Assembly: GCA_963816145.1 (NCBI GenBank)
Contig: CAWFJP010000029.1
Span: 384,001 to 448,000, forward strand
Length of the DNA: 64,000 nucleotides
Source of the DNA: an uncultured delta proteobacterium
GTDB taxonomy: Bacteria; Desulfobacterota; Binatia; UBA9968
Direction: 5' to 3'
This document shows, in pieces, positions 24,423 to 31,530 of the stretch. Within the stretch, counting starts at the first letter, position 1. Each line of letters starts with the position of its first letter. The position numbers and the translations under genes were made by a program. The notes under the pieces are model-generated. The model was not told the DNA's origin. It ran no database searches and saw only the letters and a list, made by a program, of their open reading frames with translations.

Positions 24423-24737
24423 ATGACTATTCGGAATGATAAGCAGAGAATCGTTCAACCTACCCATCCGGGTGAAATGCTACGTGAGGATTTCCTGCCC
24501 GACTATGATTTGAACGTAACCAGTTTTGCCAAGGCGCTCGGCGTGTCGCGTCAGACGGTCAATGAATTGCTGCGCGAACGCCGGGCCGTGAGCCCAGAAA
24601 TGGCACTGCGTCTTTCTCGCTTGTTCGGTAATAGTCCTGAGTTTTGGTTGAACGCTCAGCGTGCTGTGGATCTTTGGCAAGCGGCAAGAACCATGGGGAG
24701 GAAGATCGAGAGGATCTCGCCGTTGAACGCCGCGTAG
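24423..24737 (+). CDS. higA: HigA family addiction module antitoxin
   Basis: PTHPGEMLREDFL, VSPEMALRLSRLFGNSPEFWLNAQ. Confidence 0.92.
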   Translation: MTIRNDKQRIVQPTHPGEMLREDFLPDYDLNVTSFAKALGVSRQTVNELLRERRAVSPEMALRLSRLFGNSPEFWLNAQRAVDLWQAARTMGRKIERISPLNAA

Positions 24738-24795
24738 TAACGCGCTCGGTTCAGAAGGATTCTGCTGAATAGATGGGCTCATAAAAAAGTCGCAC

Positions 24796-24991
24796 GGTAA
24801 AGTCCACATGGAATCGTTTCTAAGCGATTCGAATATCGACGGCACCATCTTTGAGCCGCTACGAGACCCGGTAATCTTCGCCCAAGCCCAAGTCGTACTG
24901 GGGGCGGTCCAGTGGCCCAACGGCGCCGATCTGGCACCCGATGCTGATGTATGATGCGATCCGCGAACGCGGTGTATGGTTTTTGGATTAA
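24796..24991 (+). pseudogene. DUF2442-family fragment (5' truncated, frameshifted)
   Basis: GTIFEPLRDP.IFAQ....GAVQWPNGADLAPDA(+1)MYDAIRERGVWFLD*. Confidence 0.7.
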
Positions 24992-25084
24992 AGCTCGTTT
25001 AAACGGCGGACAGAAGGGCGATGAAAAATCAGGTGCTGCAACAAAGTGCTTGTGTCTGTCGTTTAAGGTTCGAATCGATGATCC

Positions 25085-25430
25085 TATCCCGGCCGGATCT
25101 GACCTTGAACTCTTGAACCGACCACGGACCCCAATTAAAACATTCCGTCCGTCCTGAGTAGGTCGCAAAGACCGTATCGAAGGGCTGGAACGGACCGAGT
25201 GCTACTTACGAAGGCAATTTTACCGGTGAAAATGACGCTCTAAGGCTCCAAAACACAGTTGAATGGGATGAAAACGGTACGATTTCTGAGAGTTAGGCGG
25301 GCGACCCGGAGAGACGGATGGCCGACCCGGAGAGAATGTCAGACCCCTGGGATGACCTGTTCTCTACTCTACCCGAAGGTGCCGCCGACTCCAGTGGAGC
25401 GAAGAAAATTTGCGTCGAGCCATTGCCGCG
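25085..25430 (+). repeat. Mosaic spacer copy 1 (modules A, C, D)
   Basis: C core CGTCCTGAGTAGGTCGCAAAGACCGTATCGAAGGGCT at 25150-25186; D at 25382-25424. Confidence 0.85.
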
Positions 25431-25461
25431 CATTTTGTAGTTTTTGAGGGTTGAAGATTTG

Positions 25462-25773
25462 CTACGCGGCGCGGCGGCCCTTGGGTGCTTCGATGGATGC
25501 GAGACTGAGCTTGAGCTTAAATGGCTTTAGCAGCCGGTTGAGCGTTTCCTGGGTCGGATTGTGGCGCGGATGGATCGCCCGCAGGATGTTAGGACTGGCC
25601 ATGCCGACTTTCGTCGAAAACTCTTTGATGCCGATGGCGCGGATAACTTTGCCCAAGGCGATCTGAATCGACACGCCCTCCTCGATGGCCGCCAAGAGAA
25701 ACTCACGAGCGAAAACCGCGTCACGCAGATCCTGAGCCAAACCAACGTTCCAATCCCTACTGCGCCGTGCCAT
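25462..25773 (-). CDS. Addiction module antidote / HTH antitoxin
   Basis: LRD..FAREFLLAAIEEG...ALGKVIRA.G...NPTQETLNRLLKPF. Confidence 0.8.
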   Translation of the reverse strand: MARRSRDWNVGLAQDLRDAVFAREFLLAAIEEGVSIQIALGKVIRAIGIKEFSTKVGMASPNILRAIHPRHNPTQETLNRLLKPFKLKLSLASIEAPKGRRAA

Positions 25774-26095
25774 GTTTCACCTCTTTTCTAAAGTCATTCC
25801 AGTAACGTTTTGCCGCGCTGATATCGTTGGATTGCGAGGCTTTGTCGCCACCGGCCAAAAGCAAGATCATCGAGACGCCCTCTTTGCCAAAGTAGAGACG
25901 GTATCCCGGTCCGAAATCCAGGCGCGCTTCCCAGACACCGCCACCGACGGCTTTGTGGTCGCCGAGATTGCCGTTCTCGAATCGCAGCACTCGCGCTTGA
26001 ATGCGCGCTTGCACGCCGACGTCGAGACTCTTCAGCCAAGTCCGGAAGGGACTTTTCCCTTGCGCTGTTAGGTACTCTCGGACGGTCAGTTTCAT
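25757..26095 (-). CDS. RelE/ParE family addiction module killer toxin
   Basis: GKSPFRTWL, GNLGDHKAVGGGVWEARLDFGPGYRLYF, LLAGGDKASQSNDI. Confidence 0.92.
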   Translation of the reverse strand: MKLTVREYLTAQGKSPFRTWLKSLDVGVQARIQARVLRFENGNLGDHKAVGGGVWEARLDFGPGYRLYFGKEGVSMILLLAGGDKASQSNDISAAKRYWNDFRKEVKHGTAQ

Positions 26096-26108
26096 GCTGC
26101 CTGTAAGT

Positions 26109-26122
26109 TATCATATATGATA
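26109..26122. promoter_or_regulatory. Palindromic operator of the minus-strand TA operon
   Basis: Perfect 14-bp palindrome TATCATATATGATA 13 nt upstream of the toxin start. Confidence 0.65.
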
Positions 26123-26146
26123 GTAATCCCTCTGTCGAGAGAGAAA

Positions 26147-26376
26147 GTTCAAACCCGGGTGCTTATTCAAGCCGTCAAGCGCAACTTCAGATGATATCCT
26201 CCAATAAGGATTTAGCTCGCAAGCTTGGCGCCTTAGAGCGCAAAGTGGAAAGCCATGACGTCCATATTCGATCGCTCTTTGAAGCGATCCGCCAGCTTAT
26301 GACGCCGCCGGAGCCCAAGAAGCGCAAGATCGGCTTCCTGGTCGAAGAGCGCGCCGCGCGCTACGGCAATCGATAA
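26147..26376 (+). pseudogene. ORF6N-domain gene remnant with internal deletion
   Basis: VQTRVLIQAVKRN (ORF6N signature) joined out of frame to the C-terminal DLARKL..LERK...LFEAIRQLMTPPEPKKRKIGF. Confidence 0.7.
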
Positions 26377-26439
26377 CCGGCGTTTGTCTCCGCGTTTTCG
26401 AAATTGCGGCAACGTGGAAGTTTCCCAACAATCTGCAGC

Positions 26440-26770
26440 GAAGCGCAGCCAGCGTTGAACTCGTTGGAACGATGCTAGGGAGCCGGACCGCTGGAACCTA
26501 TGGAACGACTGGAACTGTTGGAACCGCTCAGTCCCTGAGCGGTGTTTGATCGGATAACGCCTTGAACGGACCCCAATTAAAAAACTCCGTTCGTCCTGAG
26601 TAGGTCGCAAAGACCGTATCGAAGGGCTTGAACGATTGGAACGGAGCCAGTTTCTTGATTAGAGTTAGACGGGTCCGATCCGGAGAGCTGAGGCTTGGCA
26701 TCACCATCTCGATTCGCGTAAGATAAGCTTTGTCAGTGGAGTTCAAGAAAAAAGATTTTGCGTCGCTACA
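26440..26770 (+). repeat. Mosaic spacer copy 2 (modules B, C, D')
   Basis: 4x9-mer CTGGAACCT ATGGAACGA CTGGAACTG TTGGAACCG at 26491-26526; C core at 26592-26628. Confidence 0.85.
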
Positions 26771-26791
26771 AGGCAACGGCCATTTGATTTA

Positions 26792-27091
26792 ATGGGTGTC
26801 GCTGTGGTTTTTGAACGGTTGGTATTTCGAGTTCACGCGATTCAGCGCGTGTACCAACGAAGTATCAGCGAACTGGAAGTCCGGTATGTGATCGCCACCG
26901 GAGAAATCATTGAAGATTATCCCGATGACACCCCTTAACCAAGCCGTCTCTTGCTTGGGTGGCATAACAATAGACCCCTTCACATCGTCGTGGCAGATAA
27001 CTTCGACGAAAAGGAACATGTCATCATCACGGCCTATGTACCCGATTCCGATGTTTGGGAAGCTGATTTCAAAAGGAGAAAGACCTCATGA
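26792..27091 (+). pseudogene. DUF4258 toxin pseudogene (nonsense codon)
   Basis: HAIQRVYQRSI...GEIIEDYPDDTP*PSRLLLG...RPLHIV...IITAY.PD..VW..DFKRR; TAA at 26936-26938 where Tyr is expected. Confidence 0.85.
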
Positions 27092-27315
27092 AATGCGTCA
27101 TTTGTAAAAAGGGTGAGACCCGGCCTGGCAAAGTCACAGTCACCTTGGATAAAGAGGGGGCCACTCTAGTTTTCAGAGGCGTCCCCGCGAGTATCTGCTC
27201 GAATTGCGGTGAAGAGTACGTAGACGGAGATATCACCGCGAGCTTGCTAGAATCTGCAGCCGAGGCCGCCCGATCAGGTATCGAGGTTGAAGTCCGCCAG
27301 TACGGCGCCGCCTAG
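27088..27315 (+). CDS. YgiT-type zinc finger / MqsA-family antitoxin
   Basis: MKCVICK.G...VPASICSNCGEEY; ATGA-coupled to DUF4258 gene. Confidence 0.9.
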   Translation: MKCVICKKGETRPGKVTVTLDKEGATLVFRGVPASICSNCGEEYVDGDITASLLESAAEAARSGIEVEVRQYGAA

Positions 27316-27334
27316 GAGATGGAGATCCTTAAAG

Positions 27335-27570
27335 CGTTCGAACGGAACCCGTCCGACTCCGTCGTTGAACGCTTGAACCCTTGAACAGACTCCCCCCGCG
27401 ACCCCGCCCGAATCCGACCTTGAACTGTTGAACGATCCTAGGACGTCTGACCGCTGGAACCTGTGGAACGATTGGAACTATTGGAACGGCCCCTATTCAT
27501 AGAGCCCTTCCGGCCGATTGAAGTTCGTGACCCCGAAGGGATGGGCGCAAGAGTTTTGCTTCGGCCGCAT
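27335..27570 (+). repeat. Mosaic spacer copy 3 (modules A, B, degenerate D)
   Basis: CCGCCCGAATCCGACCTTGAAC near 27404; 4x9-mer at 27454-27489. Confidence 0.8.
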
Positions 27571-28163
27571 CCCGATCAATCAGGCAGATCGCCCACGCAT
27601 GTCAACCTCACAGTAAAACAGGCGTTTTCGCCTTGCCAGGTTAGCGCTCGCTGGCGCAAAGTTTTCCCCAAGATTTCTCTCAGTCGCGCGATTGTTCCGA
27701 TGACCTTGCGCAGCTGACGGGTGGTATTGAAGCTGCAATACCACCAAGCGATGACGCTCACATTCATCGATTCGGAACGAACTGTGATCCCGGACGCGCC
27801 GTTGGCGAGCGCGCGAAAGTCGCCGCAGGGATGGGTGAGTGCCGGGGTCGGAATTTTCTGTTCGGCAGTGGAGGTCGCCGCCGTGCTTTTGGTTTTTCTT
27901 GGCGTGTAAAGCAATAACCGTGCTCTCGGCCATAGCTATGATTCCAGTATCTATGACACGCGTATTCAGAGTTCTATCGATGGCTCCCGGCGGAGCAAAG
28001 CGGTGTTAGATTTCCTTTGCAGGACTCACGATGCCGATGAGACCCAACGAATGTCCGAAACTTGATTGCACCGACCGAACCACGTCCAGCGGGTTTTCAA
28101 GACCCAGGACGCGTAGTTATCCACGCGGGTGCATAGACAGTGCACGACAACCAGGGAGGATCC

Positions 28164-29201
28164 ATGAGCGGCGTTTACGATAACAAGGCCAGGGTGCCGA
28201 GGGCGCCGCAGCGCGGCACAGTTGATTCCACGGCTTTGGTTCCATTGACCAGCGGTTGCGCTGTGAACCTGCGCGGTGAAATGGAAGACTTTGAACGATT
28301 GATCGGAGAGCGGATCGGCAAGCTGAAGGCGGCGGTCACCGAACGCGAAGCGGCGCTCGCCATCGGGACCGAGCAAGCCGAAAAACTCGTTGAGGGTCTG
28401 AAGGCGAGCACCGCCCAACTGGAGGCAACCCTCGCGCAGACGCGAGAGACCGTGGCGCGGAATGATGCCGAGCGCCGGCAAATGGAAGAAAGTCTCACCA
28501 CGAAGATCACCGCTTTGCAGCATGATCTAGGCAGCAAGGATGAGGCGCTGGCGCGCCGCAATGAGGAGAACAACGATCTCAAGTCCGTTATCGAACGCGG
28601 CAAGGAACAGGTCGAAGCGCTGGAGTTCAACCTTAACAAAACCGAAGAGACCTTACGCGCAAAAGAAGCAACCATCCAAGGGCTCGAACAAGAGCTGTCC
28701 GGCAAAATCGAAGAGTTCCAGGGAGTGCTGAATATCAAAGAAGGGCTGCTGGCGGGTCAGGGTGCGGAGATTAACGATCTCAAGTCGCAGGTAAAAGTGT
28801 TGACGAAGGGAATCGCCGAAATGTCCAGCTTCTTTCGCCAAGCGGAAGCTTTCGTCGGCGTGGACCAGGAAGCGGTCGGTGCCGCCGGGCCCGACAAGCC
28901 CGCCGGTAAACCACTCGAGAGTCCGATCAAAACCCAATCAAATGGCACGAAAGAGACTGCCGCGGTTGCAGAGCGCCGGGGCGAGACCGTGTCAGCGGAT
29001 TACTTTCAGCCGATAACCATGGAGCTCGCCGACATCACCGGCGTGATGCCCCCCTTGGCGGCGTTAATCGTCAAGGACCATGTGACCGCGCTCAACGAAT
29101 CCATGGAACAATTTCCCAAGAAGCGCCTTCAGGAACTTTTCGCAAGCCTCGCCAAAGAATATCCCATGAAAAACGGCAGAACCATTCATTCCGCCATTTA
29201 G
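28164..29201 (+). CDS. Long coiled-coil hypothetical protein (possible -1 frameshift near 29160)
   Basis: GGAGG RBS; heptad E/K/L-rich region; small C-terminal helical domain. Confidence 0.65.
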   Translation: MSGVYDNKARVPRAPQRGTVDSTALVPLTSGCAVNLRGEMEDFERLIGERIGKLKAAVTEREAALAIGTEQAEKLVEGLKASTAQLEATLAQTRETVARNDAERRQMEESLTTKITALQHDLGSKDEALARRNEENNDLKSVIERGKEQVEALEFNLNKTEETLRAKEATIQGLEQELSGKIEEFQGVLNIKEGLLAGQGAEINDLKSQVKVLTKGIAEMSSFFRQAEAFVGVDQEAVGAAGPDKPAGKPLESPIKTQSNGTKETAAVAERRGETVSADYFQPITMELADITGVMPPLAALIVKDHVTALNESMEQFPKKRLQELFASLAKEYPMKNGRTIHSAI

Positions 29202-29369
29202 CCCGGCACGGGTAAATCCGCGCATCACGCGGTTATCGACTCGCCGGGTTTGATAGTCGAAGACCAAGGCATGTATTAGCTTGCCGAAGCGGTGCTGTTC
29301 TCTATCAACCCGCAAACAGCTCAGTCGTGAAACTGGTGCGGAAACGAAAAGCCGCGTCGGTCCAAGGCA

Positions 29370-29700
29370 AACCCTTTTGAACAGACCCCGGTCGGTAAAC
29401 CCGCCCGAATCTGTTCTTGAGCGCTTCTTAATCGATAACCCCTGGAACCTATGGAACGACTGGAACCATTGGAACGGTAGCCTTCCGAAACTGTCGTGAA
29501 CCCTTGAACAGGATTTAGTCAGGTAACGCCTTGAACGGCCCCAATTAAAGACATTCCGTTCGTCCTGAGTAGGTCGCAAAGACCGTATCGAAGGGCTTGG
29601 ACGATTTGAACGGCTAGCTTCCGGTTTTGAACCTTTGACCGATTCAGCAAGGTCTAACCGCTGCAAGCTGTGGAACGATTGGAAGAATAAGGCATGACGA
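29370..29700 (+). repeat. Mosaic spacer copy 4 (modules A, B, C, B')
   Basis: 4x9-mer at 29442-29477; C core at 29561-29597. Confidence 0.85.
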
Positions 29701-29774
29701 AACGGTCCCACTCTTGAGCTGGACGGGCGGGGCCGACCCTTTTCATCCCAATGCGCCTGATATATTATTCCGGC

Positions 29775-29954
29775 ATGGCAAAACGCGCTCAACCTCTGTC
29801 ACATTCGCGCATCTCTCCAGTCATCAAAGGCAAAGAGCGGTTGACGATCTGGGAGAGGGCGCGCGGCCGGTGGAAGAAGCGAGAGGCCGACCCGATTCAG
29901 GAATTGAAGAAGATGCGCAGGTCGTGGACGAAGAAAAGCCCATCCCTCCACTAA
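29775..29954 (+). CDS. Small putative antitoxin upstream of VapC
   Basis: 59 aa, IWERARGRWK...DPIQELKKMRRSW, abutting the PIN gene. Confidence 0.6.
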   Translation: MAKRAQPLSHSRISPVIKGKERLTIWERARGRWKKREADPIQELKKMRRSWTKKSPSLH

Positions 29955-30326
29955 GTGTACACTCTCGACACCAACGCGATCGTTTATTACCTGAAAGACG
30001 ATACCGACGCTGTTGCCGTTTTGCGCGGCGTCTTCGCGCAAGACGCACCCATCTACGTCTCGGCGGTTACGGAACTAGAGCTATTTGCGTTTGCCAACCT
30101 GAGTCGTGATGAGGAATCTCTGATCGAAGACTTGCTGACGACCGTCTCCGTCATACCTGTGGACTCGCGCATTGCCCGACTCGCCGCTCTCATGCGAAGG
30201 CACTACCGAATCAAAGTCCCGGACAGCATTATCGCTGCGACGGCGATATTTACCGGCAGCACACTACTCACCCGCAATACGCGGGACTTCCGAAAGATAC
30301 CGAACCTTGCGATACGCAAGATTTGA
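29955..30326 (+). CDS. vapC: VapC family PIN-domain toxin
   Basis: YTLDTNAIVYYL, SAVTELEL, KVPDSIIAATA, LLTRN..DF. Confidence 0.92.
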   Translation: MYTLDTNAIVYYLKDDTDAVAVLRGVFAQDAPIYVSAVTELELFAFANLSRDEESLIEDLLTTVSVIPVDSRIARLAALMRRHYRIKVPDSIIAATAIFTGSTLLTRNTRDFRKIPNLAIRKI

Positions 30327-30477
30327 GGGCCAACAACGTCATATCGCCAGCGGTGGTCAAAGAGCCACCCAGCCGCGTTGGCAGAATTCCGCAAATAAAG
30401 AATCACGGCACCTGCGTTGCCTTCGGCAGGGGGCACGCTTTTGTTGCGGCACGGGGGAGAATTCAACGAGCCGCCGT

Positions 30478-30800
30478 GTTTCCGGCCTTGAACCCCTTGA
30501 ATGTTTGAACGGAACTACGAATTCTAACCGCTACTAAAAAATTCCGTCCGTCCTGAGTAAGTCGCAAAGACCGTATCGAAGGGCTTGAACGATTTGAACA
30601 GAGCCAGTTCCTTGATCACGAACACGGCCGTTCCTCCCATCCTCCCCGAATCTGAACGTGTGAGCGCTTCTTGATCGGTACCCCCCTGGAACCTATGGAA
30701 CATCTGGAACCATTGGAACGTCCCCTGTACAATAGAACCCTTGCCACCTCCCCGCCGATTCCAGTAGAGTGACGAAAATTTCGGTCGAGTCATTCCCCGG
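30478..30800 (+). repeat. Mosaic spacer copy 5 (modules A', C, A, B, D) directly upstream of BREX
   Basis: C core at 30549-30585; 4x9-mer at 30686-30721; D at 30752-30794. Confidence 0.85.
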
Positions 30801-31037
30801 AATTCTTCGTTTAGAGCGGAGCGCCAGTCCCCAGATTTGCCAAGCTAAGTCGAAGGACATGGCTTTAATGTTTTGCGGGAATGGAATCCGTAACTCGGAT
30901 GGGTGATTCTAAGTTTCGGGTATCGTGTCGATCGGTATTCCTAAACTGACGGGTAAAATTGTTACTGGCAATGAAGGTCGTGTAGTAAGACTCTAACCCC
31001 GACGCCCTGATTGCGTTAAGCAAATTAAGCAAATCGT

Positions 31038-31526
31038 ATGGCCGAGCTTACGTTGAACGAGATTCTCGACACTGTCGGCTCCGTGCAGAGCGCCTATCAC
31101 AAATTGGTAATCCTTGCCGGTTCACCGGGGTCCGGCAAGACGCGGTTGTTAAAGCAGCTAGCCGAGCAGCTTAATCTGCCGGTCATTAACCTAAGTCTGA
31201 AAATGAGCGAAAAACTCTTGAGTTTGACCAAGCGCCAGCGTCAATTGAAGGCCGGGGAGATCGCGATAGACGTGATTGACGAGCAGGACGGGCGCAGCGT
31301 ATGCCTGGACAATACCGAATTACTATTTGAATCGACCTTGCGCCTGAATCCGCTCGTTTTTCTCCAGGATATTTCGCGCAATCGCCTCGTCGTATCGTCG
31401 TGGAATGGAACTTATGATGGCAAACATTTGAGCTTTGGCTACCACGGTCACCCTGACTTTTTTCAGCAGGCACCAAGCGGATACCCTGTCTTTTCCGTCT
31501 CGGACAACCAGGTTGAAAGGATTTGA
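31038..31526 (+). CDS. brxF: BREX-3 system P-loop protein BrxF
   Basis: [44 protein letters not shown]; first gene of the locus. Confidence 0.88.
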   Translation: MAELTLNEILDTVGSVQSAYHKLVILAGSPGSGKTRLLKQLAEQLNLPVINLSLKMSEKLLSLTKRQRQLKAGEIAIDVIDEQDGRSVCLDNTELLFESTLRLNPLVFLQDISRNRLVVSSWNGTYDGKHLSFGYHGHPDFFQQAPSGYPVFSVSDNQVERI

Positions 31527-31530
31527 ACTA

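Noticed and set aside
27463-27933. Overlapping short ORFs on both strands as real genes
   Set aside because: No motif, RBS or frame clearly favoured, so left unassigned.
25150-30585. Four copies of a 37-bp hairpin-containing repeat as a CRISPR array
   Set aside because: Copies are about 1-3 kb apart with genes between them, there are no 30-40 bp spacers, and no cas genes are present.
24779-30793. Minus-strand ORFs sharing RPTQD or FQWFQSFHRF peptides (24779-25168, 26233-26610, 26528-26776, 29064-29792, 30524-30793) as a paralogous protein family
   Set aside because: They are translations of the non-coding repeat modules; frames, starts and lengths are not conserved between copies.
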